64,000 bases of DNA from a virus. Its lineage: Duplodnaviria > Heunggongvirae > Uroviricota > Caudoviricetes. Location: IMG/VR virus record IMGVR_UViG_3300023314_000004, positions 1 through 64,000 of that record. One strand, 5' to 3'. Shown piece after piece: positions 18,477 through 27,894 of the stretch (position 1 is the first letter of the stretch; each line of letters begins with the position of its first letter). Under the pieces are notes generated by a model, which saw only the letters and a list, made by a program, of their open reading frames with translations, did not search any database and had not been told where the DNA came from. Position numbers and translations under genes: made by a program.

Positions 18477-18868
18477 TCTTTTTGTTTTACTAATTTAACT
18501 AATAAACTTAATTCTTGGTATGTCTGAATAAGTCCGGAACGATCATCTAAAAGAGCTGAAAAGAAAGGTTTTTTAGTTTCATACCCTAAATCTATTCCTT
18601 TTCCATTAATTTCATCAAAAGGTATTTTATGTTCTACAAGAAAATTATTAACATAATCAAGATTTTTATAAGCTGTCCAACACCCTAATTTACATCCAAT
18701 ACTCTTTAATTCCCTTAAAAGATGTATTACATCTGTATGAATAGCTCCTGTTTTATGAAAATCATGGACAGTACCGTCAAAGTCGTAGCCGATGAATAGG
18801 CTTCCATATTTATTATATTCTTCTAATAGTCTTAGAAGGTTCTTATTTGGTTCTAAAAATTCATCCAT
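18464..18868 (-). CDS. small HAD-superfamily-like protein
   Basis: 134 aa. …FIGYDFDGTVHDF… matches HAD motif I (hhhDxDGT). Confidence 0.35.
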   Translation of the reverse strand: MDEFLEPNKNLLRLLEEYNKYGSLFIGYDFDGTVHDFHKTGAIHTDVIHLLRELKSIGCKLGCWTAYKNLDYVNNFLVEHKIPFDEINGKGIDLGYETKKPFFSALLDDRSGLIQTYQELSLLVKLVKQKEWKS

Positions 18869-19073
18869 TTAATGTTTCTATTATTTGTTTAGCAAATTTT
18901 CTATCTAAATTTTTCATTTCTTGCGAAAGTTCGTTATAAGATTTAAAACATTCTTTTTCCCATCTTTCTTTTCTTTCCGCAGAAATAAGGGGTTCTGATT
19001 CTAATAAAATCTTAGCCCATCCCATCCATAAATCATGGATGATAACCGCAACTAATTCTTCTTTATCTATCAT
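18861..19073 (-). CDS. hypothetical protein
   Basis: 70-aa ORF. Confidence 0.3.
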   Translation of the reverse strand: MIDKEELVAVIIHDLWMGWAKILLESEPLISAERKERWEKECFKSYNELSQEMKNLDRKFAKQIIETLNG

Positions 19074-19873
19074 ATAATTTTATATTGTGTTATAAAAGAA
19101 GACAATACTTCTTCAGGTAAATCTTTAACTGAATTTGTGCAATAAATACGATTTATACATTTATCCAAAGAACTCTCAGGATCTGTAAGTTCTAAGGGAG
19201 TGTTAAACCCTTTAGAGAAATAACCATGACTTATATATAGATTAACTACAGTAGCCCCCTGTTCTTTTAGGGCCTTAGAAAGGAGATAAAATGTATATCC
19301 TCCGTCACAAATGTCATCTATAATAAGACATGTCTTATCTTTAACATCCCCTAAAATATTTAATGATACTTTTCCTTGTAAATCCCTAAATTTATTAGCT
19401 GCTACTAAGGGTAGATCTAAGTCCTCGGCATATTTAAATACTTTCTTATAAGCTCCTGCATCAGGACTGACAAGTACTAAATTTTCCGTTCCTAAATCTT
19501 CAACAACTTGTTTTACATATTCAAAACTACTAATTTTTTCAGAATTGTTAATTAAAGCTAAAGAAACATCAGAATGAGGATCAAATATAGATACTTTTTG
19601 AAAATTCATTCTATTAATAAAATCTGTAATTTGCTTTAAGCCAAAGCTTTCATTATTAGAAAACCTTCTATCACTTCTTTGCCCAAATAAACAAGGTATT
19701 TCTAATGAATAAGCTTCTCTTGACCTATGTTTAATATCTAAAACTTCTTTTAAAGAAGCTATTTTAAATAAATCTTCATAACTATTTATTCTTTGCTTTA
19801 CAAGCCTAGTAGTAATATCTTCTGTTTCCACTTTAACATTTATCTGTCCATCAGGATATTTAATTATTTCCAT
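19070..19873 (-). CDS. ribose-phosphate pyrophosphokinase-family enzyme (Prs-like; could be an ADPR-pyrophosphate synthetase Adps-type enzyme)
   Basis: 267 aa. …LVSPDAGAYK… and PRPP-binding loop …CLIIDDICDGGYT… (hhhDDhhDTGGT-like). Confidence 0.75.
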   Translation of the reverse strand: MEIIKYPDGQINVKVETEDITTRLVKQRINSYEDLFKIASLKEVLDIKHRSREAYSLEIPCLFGQRSDRRFSNNESFGLKQITDFINRMNFQKVSIFDPHSDVSLALINNSEKISSFEYVKQVVEDLGTENLVLVSPDAGAYKKVFKYAEDLDLPLVAANKFRDLQGKVSLNILGDVKDKTCLIIDDICDGGYTFYLLSKALKEQGATVVNLYISHGYFSKGFNTPLELTDPESSLDKCINRIYCTNSVKDLPEEVLSSFITQYKII

Positions 19874-21012
19874 ATTACATATTTTTTATCTATTGTTTCT
19901 AATGCTCTGTCAAGGAAATCTTTATCTTTACTTCCTTTTATATAGAGTACGTATATTTCCGGAGCTATTCCTCTATATCCTCTCCCTGAGGTTTGTAAGA
20001 ATTCCAGTCCTTCATCATTGCCTGTAGAGAGTTGAACTATTACAACTGCTTCTATACCTTCCAGGTTCATTCCCTCTCTGCCCATTTTATAGAAGAAAAT
20101 ATTTTCTATTTCCTTATCATTAAATTGCCTAAGAATTTCTTCTTGTTTCTTCTTAGGTCTTTTACTATGAACGGCATATTCTCCCCCAACTAAATTACAC
20201 TGGTCTATATTACCAGTAAAAATTACTTTTCTCTTACCTTCTAATTCAATTAACAATTCTTTTAATTTACTAGTCTTCAAGGCTGAAAAGAAATTCTTTC
20301 TGGCTATCCCTATAGAATTGAATTTGTTTCTAATCCATAATTGTTTTGGATTATCTTCTAACCTTTTAGACCAATATTTCAAATCTGTAGCAAATTTATC
20401 TACATATGCTCTATCTGTTAATTTCACTTCTTTTTTACCAAATAAAGAAGTATTTCTCTTTATTTTATCATCTAGTTCTAGTCCTATAGCATAAATAGTT
20501 GGAGGAGGTAATATACCTTTCTCAATAGCATTCTTTAAAGAGAGCTTATAATAGTGAAAGTGTCCTAAAAGACTTAATCTTTCTTTAATATCTTCATTAA
20601 TTGTAGCACTGTCAACTAATATCCTACTATATTTAATAGTTTTAGATATATCTGTTCTACATTCACTAAGTCTATGTGTTTCATTACACCAAAGCTTTAA
20701 TTCTCTTCCTTCAAATTTATGTAAGGAAGCATAACATATTACATCTTCTATTTTATCATAGATGTGTTCCATATTATGCTTCCTTACATCATCTTGAAAA
20801 TTAATGATTTGTAAAGATTCAGGCATTAAAACAAGCCATTTTCCAGGTGTACTATCAGCTTCTATGATTTTCATACAGCTAAGTCCTTTCCCTGTCCCTG
20901 TTGCAGCTTCTATAGCTAGAAAAGGATGGAGCAAACTTAGCCTCACCACTTCTTTCTGAAAAAGCTCTCTTTCTATTTGTTGTTTTTCTAAATCCATACT
21001 ACAAATATACAA
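19864..21012 (-). CDS. SF2 helicase-like protein with deviant motifs I and II
   Basis: 382 aa. Motif I AATGTGKG (GKG rather than GKT), motif II-like WCNETHRL (DEAH position), motif III DSAT, motif VI LQTSGRGYRG. Confidence 0.5.
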   Translation of the reverse strand: MYICSMDLEKQQIERELFQKEVVRLSLLHPFLAIEAATGTGKGLSCMKIIEADSTPGKWLVLMPESLQIINFQDDVRKHNMEHIYDKIEDVICYASLHKFEGRELKLWCNETHRLSECRTDISKTIKYSRILVDSATINEDIKERLSLLGHFHYYKLSLKNAIEKGILPPPTIYAIGLELDDKIKRNTSLFGKKEVKLTDRAYVDKFATDLKYWSKRLEDNPKQLWIRNKFNSIGIARKNFFSALKTSKLKELLIELEGKRKVIFTGNIDQCNLVGGEYAVHSKRPKKKQEEILRQFNDKEIENIFFYKMGREGMNLEGIEAVVIVQLSTGNDEGLEFLQTSGRGYRGIAPEIYVLYIKGSKDKDFLDRALETIDKKYVIWK

Positions 21013-21261
21013 CTATTCTCCAAATTTCTTATTGTAATAGTAGTATATTTTCTGTAAAATTCTATCTAATGAAAAATGCTTTATTCCTGTATTAGTAAAT
21101 AATGTCTTTCCTTCAACCTGAAGGCAGAAGTTAGGAAAAGCTTTCTCAAATGTAATTAAAGGAAATGTTCCCCCTTTTTCTATATAGTATTCATAAAAAA
21201 GAGAGAGTGGAACTTCTTCCAACTCTCTCATAGCTATATATTCTTCTTTATTTAGTGGCAT
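21013..21261 (-). CDS. hypothetical protein
   Basis: 82-aa ORF. Confidence 0.3.
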   Translation of the reverse strand: MPLNKEEYIAMRELEEVPLSLFYEYYIEKGGTFPLITFEKAFPNFCLQVEGKTLFTNTGIKHFSLDRILQKIYYYYNKKFGE

Positions 21262-22414
21262 CTAGCACTTTTTTAATTTCATTCAAGCTCACTCTGTTAT
21301 CTTCATCTGCACATCCAATCCGATAGATTCTGGCATTTCCATCTACTAAAGACACACTAAAACCACCTAAAGCAAACATTTCATTAGCTGCCATTACTTT
21401 TTCATAGAATTCTTTAATTAAAGAAATTTTTAATTTTTCACTTTTACCCCTAATAGAGACAATGCCATCTTTAATAGTCAGAGTGGCATTCCTACTACCA
21501 ATATTTTCTAGCACTCTTGTACTAACAGATTCAATTTCAGCTGGTGTGGCAAGCCTAAAATCTGTAATTAAATAGTTAGTTGCATATTTATTGTCTTTTG
21601 GACAATACCTACTTCCATAATTTAATTGAGCTATACTAAAAGAACTATTGTAGCCTTCATCTAATTTAAACACTTTACCAGGAGCTTTATTTCCGAAAAA
21701 TTTTGTATTTTCTGTGTCTAAAACATAAACCCAATCTCCTACTTTAAATTGAGGAGCATAAGTAGGTTCAAACCATTTATCTAGCACATCTGCCCTAACT
21801 AAGGCTTTATGGGCAATACTATCTACTAAAATTTCCACTGTAGAAGTAATAGGCATTCCACCACATAAAACTTCAACTGCATTTTTAAATTCTAATGCAC
21901 TTTCTTTTAATTTATACCCTACAATAGGTTTTTCCTCTTGTTTTGCTTCAAAAACAGCAATTTCCTCAAAATCTTTTTTACTCATGACCCAAGGGTTTGG
22001 ATCGTCCATATCTGTATCAAATTGAACTGAAGATTTATTCACAGCTCTTACAAAATAATCCTTTCCATACATTGTATCTCTATATTTTTCTCTGTCATTT
22101 TTAACCCATAATGTTAGAGGTTCTGTTTCCTTAATTGAAAATTTATCTCCTTTTTTATATGTCATTGTATTTGTTTTTGGTATTAAATTAATTTCTACAT
22201 AAGAAGGAATATGTAGTTTTCCAGTTCCAGAGAAACTCTCAGATAATACATAACTATGTTTATACCCATACGTATTCTCTGCCCTATCAGCTGCTGAATA
22301 CTCATTTTGACACAAAAATACTTCCTTACCAACTATATTAATTTTTCCCTTTATTTTTGTATTACTAATTGCACCTGTAAATTCTTGTCCTTCTGTTATT
22401 TCTGAAATATTCAT
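21248..22414 (-). CDS. paralog-family protein 1 (variable N-terminus plus shared C-terminal domain)
   Basis: 388 aa. C-terminus RLATPAEIESV…IGSRNATLTIK…GGFSV…IGCADEDNRVSLNEIKKVL aligns with five other ORFs in this window. Internal FKVGDWVYV beta-barrel-like motif. Confidence 0.55.
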   Translation of the reverse strand: MNISEITEGQEFTGAISNTKIKGKINIVGKEVFLCQNEYSAADRAENTYGYKHSYVLSESFSGTGKLHIPSYVEINLIPKTNTMTYKKGDKFSIKETEPLTLWVKNDREKYRDTMYGKDYFVRAVNKSSVQFDTDMDDPNPWVMSKKDFEEIAVFEAKQEEKPIVGYKLKESALEFKNAVEVLCGGMPITSTVEILVDSIAHKALVRADVLDKWFEPTYAPQFKVGDWVYVLDTENTKFFGNKAPGKVFKLDEGYNSSFSIAQLNYGSRYCPKDNKYATNYLITDFRLATPAEIESVSTRVLENIGSRNATLTIKDGIVSIRGKSEKLKISLIKEFYEKVMAANEMFALGGFSVSLVDGNARIYRIGCADEDNRVSLNEIKKVLDATK

Positions 22415-22417
22415 TTT

Positions 22418-23239
22418 TTAAAATTTTACTTTTTCTAATACTTTTTGAATTTCGTTTAAGCTAACATAGTTAGATTCATCTGTACATCCTACTAAATATA
22501 CTTTTTCATCCCATTTATTGTTTTTAACACTAAATCCTCCAAGATCATATGCTATAGCAACTGCATTATAAAATTGTTTTAATTTAACAGCATCTAGGGT
22601 TTCTCTTTTACCTTCAATATGAATAGTAGTGCCTTTAATAGTTAAGGTGGCATTTCTAGTACCTATGCTTTTAATAACATCACTAGCTGCTATTTCTTCT
22701 GGTGTTGCTTTTCTATAATTTTTTTCGTCAAAAGTGCATTCGTAATTTTTAAATGATAGTCCTACACCTGAATAATGTGTAAGTTCTGCTATATCTCCTT
22801 CATTCATTCTTCCGAAACGTCCACCTTTATACCTAATTAAGTTGTCACCAACTTTAAATTTATCTGTAACATCTTCAAAATATTCAGGCCATGCAGCTGC
22901 TATTTTAAGGAATTTTGGGTTAATTGTATTATTAATTACATCTCCCACTTTAAGTTCATTCTTTTGTGTAGGGAATAGTTTTACTACTTTATATTCTTTC
23001 ATATCTTTTTGTTTTACATTTGTCTTTTTAAATGCTCCCACTCTATATAATTCTTCTTTTGTTGTAATATAATGATTTGAAAAAGGATACTCTTCTCTTT
23101 CAAAATGTACTTCTTCTCCTTCAATTTTAAATATTTTCTTCTCTCCTTGAAAGCTTGATGTGTTAAAAGGAGCATCTCCCCAAAAAGAACATTTATATTT
23201 TATTACACCTTTTATATTAAATTTATCTCCTACTTTCAT
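22418..23239 (-). CDS. paralog-family protein 2
   Basis: 273 aa. C-terminus RKATPEEIAAS…IGTRNATLTIK…GGFSV…VGCTDESNYVSLNEIQKVL. Three K/VGD motifs (MKVGDKF, LKVGDVI, FKVGDNL). Confidence 0.55.
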   Translation of the reverse strand: MKVGDKFNIKGVIKYKCSFWGDAPFNTSSFQGEKKIFKIEGEEVHFEREEYPFSNHYITTKEELYRVGAFKKTNVKQKDMKEYKVVKLFPTQKNELKVGDVINNTINPKFLKIAAAWPEYFEDVTDKFKVGDNLIRYKGGRFGRMNEGDIAELTHYSGVGLSFKNYECTFDEKNYRKATPEEIAASDVIKSIGTRNATLTIKGTTIHIEGKRETLDAVKLKQFYNAVAIAYDLGGFSVKNNKWDEKVYLVGCTDESNYVSLNEIQKVLEKVKF

Positions 23240-23252
23240 AATTTGTTTGTTT

Positions 23253-24158
23253 TTAAATAATTGTCATTGTTTTAAAAGAAGCTTCCATTTTAATAATTGC
23301 TGTTTCTCCTTCTCTATTTTTAATTATATGGAAATAAAGATTGGAAATATCTGTTGGTAAAGCATCTGGACCATAAGTATCTCCTACAAATTTTAATAAA
23401 TAAGGTCTATGTATGATAATAACATAATCAGAAGCTTGGAAAATACTGCTACTACTTGATAAACAAGATTGGTCTGGATAGTTTAATGGCGATTTAGGAA
23501 TTCTCCTTGAAGCACTTTCTATCTCTCTGTTTAATTGAGTGAGAAGTATATGAGTACACCATCCTTCATTTTTTTGTGCCATTATGTCTTTAGATAAATC
23601 TACTAACATTTCTCTATCTCCATTACCTGAACCTTTAAAAAGTAAGCTATGATCTGATAGGGCTATTATTTTTTTACCTGTTTTTTCATACCATCCTCTA
23701 CATATTTTAATATATTCTTCACTACTTTTAGGTTTTTCTATAAAATATATAGGTTTATCTTTTACACTTTCATAATAGGTATTAATAGCTTTTTCTTGCG
23801 TGATATTAATTGTATTTCCATTAGCAGATAACATTATTTCCCTATATATCTGAGTGTTAGCAATGGCATCTCTAATCATTAATTTAGAAGCTGGCATTTC
23901 AAAACTAAAGAAAAGAATGATAAAATCCTGTGTAGGATTATTTTCATGTAATTCTCTATATAATTGAGAAGCAAAAGCTGTTTTACCCGAACTACTCATA
24001 CCAGCAATAGTTAACATAGTTCCCATTTCTATTCCACCTAAGAGAGTTTTGTTTAACTTAGGCCAGGGAGTGATGAGAGGAGTGATAACACCAGTTTTTC
24101 TATCTTGTATTATTTGTTTAGCTTCCTTAGCTGCTTCTGATATATGTTTTCCTTCCAT
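23253..24158 (-). CDS. DnaB-like replicative helicase, C-terminal RecA-fold domain protein
   Basis: 301 aa. Walker A GMSSSGKTAFASQL, Walker B-like IIALSD. LLTQLNRE and IIIHRP resemble the DnaB motifs H3 (SQLNR) and H4 (LHRDDYY). Confidence 0.6.
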   Translation of the reverse strand: MEGKHISEAAKEAKQIIQDRKTGVITPLITPWPKLNKTLLGGIEMGTMLTIAGMSSSGKTAFASQLYRELHENNPTQDFIILFFSFEMPASKLMIRDAIANTQIYREIMLSANGNTINITQEKAINTYYESVKDKPIYFIEKPKSSEEYIKICRGWYEKTGKKIIALSDHSLLFKGSGNGDREMLVDLSKDIMAQKNEGWCTHILLTQLNREIESASRRIPKSPLNYPDQSCLSSSSSIFQASDYVIIIHRPYLLKFVGDTYGPDALPTDISNLYFHIIKNREGETAIIKMEASFKTMTII

Positions 24159-24160
24159 AA

Positions 24161-24703
24161 TTATTTTTTAGGCTCCATATTTAATCCTTCACCAAGGTAT
24201 GATCCATCTTGAATGATTCTAAAAGTTTTTACTGTAGCAAATGTTGTTATTTTTATAGTTAAATCTTTTAGACCAAAATTTTCTGCTATTATTTTACTAT
24301 TTACAAAATCTTCGATTTGTTTGGGATGAATATTTTCTATTAAATTCTCTCTAATAAATTCCCCAACAAATCCCATAGACATGCTACTAAGCGTCATTTC
24401 TGGATGATATAATGTATTATATAGTATTTGTATATCATTTATAGTGTAACCTATAGCAGATTTAATAGTCACTGTACTTCCGTCTTTTGTAGAAATAGTT
24501 TGCATAGGAATATCTATCATTCTCATTCTGGTTGTTTGTATATATGCTGTATCTATAAAAGGTATTTTTAGGTATAGCCCAGCTCCAAGTAACTTAACAT
24601 GTTTACCATTTCTTATTAATAAGGCTTGTTCCCAAGGCATAACAGTAAACCACCATTGAAATATTTTTACTAAAAAATTAGTTATTACATTAAATAATTC
24701 CAT
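24161..24703 (-). CDS. SPFH/band-7 (stomatin/prohibitin-like) domain protein with N-terminal hydrophobic segment
   Basis: 180 aa. …MPWEQALLIRNGKHVKLLGAGLYLKIPFIDTAYIQTTRMRMIDIPMQTISTKDGSTVTIKSAIGYTINDIQ… follows the SPFH consensus (PEGExAVVxRxGKxxxxLGPGLHFxIPFIDxVxxVDLRxxxLDVPPQxVITKDNVxVxVDAVVYYRVxD). Confidence 0.55.
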   Translation of the reverse strand: MELFNVITNFLVKIFQWWFTVMPWEQALLIRNGKHVKLLGAGLYLKIPFIDTAYIQTTRMRMIDIPMQTISTKDGSTVTIKSAIGYTINDIQILYNTLYHPEMTLSSMSMGFVGEFIRENLIENIHPKQIEDFVNSKIIAENFGLKDLTIKITTFATVKTFRIIQDGSYLGEGLNMEPKK

Positions 24704-25278
24704 TACAATATATTTGATTTAAATTCTATTTCTTCTATTTCGTCTTTACATAATTCAATATAAGGTTCATAAAGTTTTTCTCTTAGATAGATTTCAGAAC
24801 CACTTATATATGTAAGTTGACTTGTTCCTCTTTTCAAAGAAAGCTTTTTAGCCTGTTCTATATGATATTCTGTAGCTTTTATAATTAAATTAGGGTCTAA
24901 TCCCTCACTGATAGCTTTTTTAAATAAAAGTTTACATTTTTCCTTATTTTTTCTTTTACTTTGAACGCCATCAAATTTCCTTCCCTCATAGCTAAAAGCA
25001 TCTGAAGGAGGATAGATTTTCCACCAATCTTCAAACTTGTCTACAATTTTTATTTTAGGTGTTTCTGTGTTATTTTGACAACTTTCATATAAAGATTTTC
25101 CTACATCTGTGACATTTCCTTCAAATAACAGAGATTTTCTCTCCATTAAAGATATTAATGCCTTAGTTTTAGGATGTTCTTCATCTATTACATCACCTTC
25201 TATATAAAATTGAAGGAAGGATATAACATCACTGCTATATCCCTCATCAACTATTTGTTTCCACTTTTCATAATTCAT
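24703..25278 (-). CDS. hypothetical protein
   Basis: 191-aa ORF. Confidence 0.45.
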   Translation of the reverse strand: MNYEKWKQIVDEGYSSDVISFLQFYIEGDVIDEEHPKTKALISLMERKSLLFEGNVTDVGKSLYESCQNNTETPKIKIVDKFEDWWKIYPPSDAFSYEGRKFDGVQSKRKNKEKCKLLFKKAISEGLDPNLIIKATEYHIEQAKKLSLKRGTSQLTYISGSEIYLREKLYEPYIELCKDEIEEIEFKSNIL

Positions 25279-25291
25279 ATATCAAAGATAG

Positions 25292-25642
25292 TTAAATTCC
25301 TGCAATTTTCCTTAATAATACAGGAGATGTGCCGAGAATAATGTTTTCAGCATCACTAAAAACAATAGGTCTTCCTTTTACGTAACCTTTTACAAGTCGT
25401 TCAAGAGCTTTTGTTTTTAATTTTTCGTATTTTAAATATTCAGCTACAATTACTAAATCTTTTTGATTTACTTTAACAGCTCCACAACCAAATAAAACTT
25501 TACCATTTTCTCTTGTAATATCCCAAATTCCACCTCTAAAATTTCTAGGTGTTTGACTAATAACTTTTTTTGGAGCAATTTCTATAGCTCTTTCTTCTAA
25601 ATGTTCTTTAATAAGAATTTGTGCTTGTTCTAATTTGTTCAT
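25292..25642 (-). CDS. hypothetical protein
   Basis: 116-aa ORF. Confidence 0.4.
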   Translation of the reverse strand: MNKLEQAQILIKEHLEERAIEIAPKKVISQTPRNFRGGIWDITRENGKVLFGCGAVKVNQKDLVIVAEYLKYEKLKTKALERLVKGYVKGRPIVFSDAENIILGTSPVLLRKIAGI

Positions 25643-25750
25643 TGTTTATAATTTTATTGTTAATATCTATTCCTATTACCATAGGAACTATTTCATCTTC
25701 TCCTAAATATATAGTGTCTAATAGAGCGCAACGCTCAAAATCTTCCTCTA

Positions 25751-26320
25751 TCATCTTAATGATATTAATCTATTTAATAAATTTAAATCAATTAAAGTGT
25801 TATTAATGGTGATTTTAGCATTTACAGGTTCAGAAATTAACTTAGTTAAGAATTTTAAATCATCTTTTGTAAAAGATTGGCAGCCAAATTGTATTTTTCC
25901 ATTTATAATTTCTGCTTTATAGCCATTAATTTCTGGACGAGCAGTAACTTTTGCTATTTCCTCTTTTGTAGCTGTTCTGGCAACTTCTTTAGAAGTGTCT
26001 ATATCAAAACCATAAAATCCATCTGTCCAATTTTCTTTGTCTACTTTGACGATTTTAACTGTTATAGGGTAGGATAATTGTAAAGGACTATTGTTATTAA
26101 ACCTACTAGACCAATATCTAGGGGCTTTTGTCAATGTAATCCAATTATCTACTTCAAATAAAATTTCATTACATGGAGAAAACCATTCTGGATCAGTTAT
26201 TTGTGTTTGATCAAAATAATATTCTCCTTCTTCGTTCTCATAGCTTTCGCTTTCTTCATCATATATAAATATAGATCCCTTTTTTAGTCCAGGAAGATCC
26301 TTTAATAGCTTGTATTTCAT
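25751..26320 (-). CDS. paralog-family protein 3
   Basis: 189 aa. C-terminus RTATKEEIAKVTARPEINGYKAEIINGKIQFGCQSF…L matches the shared family motif. Confidence 0.5.
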   Translation of the reverse strand: MKYKLLKDLPGLKKGSIFIYDEESESYENEEGEYYFDQTQITDPEWFSPCNEILFEVDNWITLTKAPRYWSSRFNNNSPLQLSYPITVKIVKVDKENWTDGFYGFDIDTSKEVARTATKEEIAKVTARPEINGYKAEIINGKIQFGCQSFTKDDLKFLTKLISEPVNAKITINNTLIDLNLLNRLISLR

Positions 26321-26324
26321 ATTT

Positions 26325-26711
26325 TTAATTTATAAGTTTATAAAGTTCTTCTACTTTACTAAAAGGTATTTTTTGACAACCTACATTTACAATTTTATTA
26401 ACTTTATCTACAACTGCATCATAATCATTGGTTAATGATAGTTTTATAGGTTGTTCTTTCTCATAATTATCGCAATATTCGATAAATTCTTCTATAGAAA
26501 TCCAATCTCTGCCAATATCTAATCTTTTATTATGGCTAGATCCACATAATTCATTTTTTAGAAAAGTGAGATTAGGATAGGCTGAATATCTATCTGGAGT
26601 ATAGTCTGCTTTATTGTATATAGGTATATTCTTATCTGATGCGTAACTAAGTAAAGCTTTCCATATATCATATGTGAGGCATACTACTGTAGATGTGTCT
26701 TTAAATGTCAT
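26325..26711 (-). CDS. hypothetical protein
   Basis: ORF track gives 26325..26789. The internal Met at 26711 (MTFKDTSTVV…) avoids a 73-nt overlap with the upstream gene. Confidence 0.4.
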   Translation of the reverse strand: MTFKDTSTVVCLTYDIWKALLSYASDKNIPIYNKADYTPDRYSAYPNLTFLKNELCGSSHNKRLDIGRDWISIEEFIEYCDNYEKEQPIKLSLTNDYDAVVDKVNKIVNVGCQKIPFSKVEELYKLIN

Positions 26712-26716
26712 AATTT

Positions 26717-27115
26717 TTATTTTTGGATCATTACATGAATTTCTTTTGGATATTCGGCGAAGAATTTTAATGTGGCTGGGCAAAGCCAACCTTCCATACC
26801 TGTTCCTCTCATAACATACCAGCCTGTTTCTTCTAAATTACTATCTCCTGATAAAGCTACTCTATCAAGGACAATATTTTCGCCTGGAATAGGGGAATGA
26901 GAGATAAATGCTGTAAATTCATTGCCTTCTACTACTGTTGCAATAATAGGATTAATATTGGAAACAAAAGGTTCCTCATATAGTCCTACAGCTTCGTCGT
27001 TAAACACCCAAACGTTATTCTTTTTAAATACATTTAAGACATTGATTTGATTGCCAGTTTTATCTTTTAACTGAGCTATAGGTTCAAAAGCTTCTGCATT
27101 TCTTTTAAAGTTCAT
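26717..27115 (-). CDS. hypothetical protein
   Basis: 132-aa ORF. Confidence 0.45.
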   Translation of the reverse strand: MNFKRNAEAFEPIAQLKDKTGNQINVLNVFKKNNVWVFNDEAVGLYEEPFVSNINPIIATVVEGNEFTAFISHSPIPGENIVLDRVALSGDSNLEETGWYVMRGTGMEGWLCPATLKFFAEYPKEIHVMIQK

Positions 27116-27126
27116 CTTGAATATTT

Positions 27127-27894
27127 TTAAAGTGAATTTTGTGTTTGTTTTAATAATAATACATCTTCAGCTGTTAAAGCTACTCCATATTGACATCCGA
27201 TTTGGACTTGCGATACTTTTATATCATATCCTTGTACAACATCCACTCTTTTATAGAGAGACTGAATACCATCTACTTCTTTTTTGGTAAATCTCCTAAC
27301 ACTTCCCTCTCCATCTACCACTTCAATCTTATCTTTATATATTGTAAATTGTCTTTTAGGAGAGCCTAGTTCTAATTTCTTAGACTTAATTTCTTCTTCA
27401 TAAATAGGATCAAACCATAGTTCTAAAGTTTTAAGCTCTCTATATAAACGTTCTGTAATACAATTATTTGTAAAAGCTTCCCCAAAACTATAAGAACCAA
27501 ATTGGTCATTATCTTGTTTACTTAATCGGGCAATCTCTTTCTCTTGGATTTTAAACTCTTCTTTAAGTTTCCATCCAACTATTACTTTTTCTTCTTGATT
27601 TGGCATGTCTGTAAATTTAACTATAAAAAAATTTCCTCCTTTGTAACTATCTTCTTCTAATTCATAATAATCTGAAGTAATTCCTTTTATTACTAGATTT
27701 AAATCAAAACTAATTGTAGAAAAAGGCTTGTTTAAATTTAAATTTTTTGTTGTATTAAAAATAGTTCCTTTAGGTAATGTAACTTTATCTCCTATTTTAT
27801 ATTTCATATTTGTTTGTTTATAATATTTTAATAAATTATCTGTCTTAGTATAACTATCATCTCCTTCTAGTCTCTGGAAGCTTTTAAAATCCAT
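27127..27894 (-). CDS. paralog-family protein 4
   Basis: 255 aa. C-terminus RFTKKEVDGIQ…VQGYDIKVSQVQIGCQYG…L. N-terminal YKIGDKVTLPKG motif. Confidence 0.5.
   Translation of the reverse strand: MDFKSFQRLEGDDSYTKTDNLLKYYKQTNMKYKIGDKVTLPKGTIFNTTKNLNLNKPFSTISFDLNLVIKGITSDYYELEEDSYKGGNFFIVKFTDMPNQEEKVIVGWKLKEEFKIQEKEIARLSKQDNDQFGSYSFGEAFTNNCITERLYRELKTLELWFDPIYEEEIKSKKLELGSPKRQFTIYKDKIEVVDGEGSVRRFTKKEVDGIQSLYKRVDVVQGYDIKVSQVQIGCQYGVALTAEDVLLLKQTQNSL

Noticed and set aside
22842-23360. Plus-strand ORFs 22842..23072 and 23160..23360
   Set aside because: Antisense to paralog-family gene 2 and the DnaB-like gene.
25621-26077. Plus-strand ORFs 25621..25806 and 25877..26077
   Set aside because: Antisense or overlapping minus-strand genes; junk-like composition.
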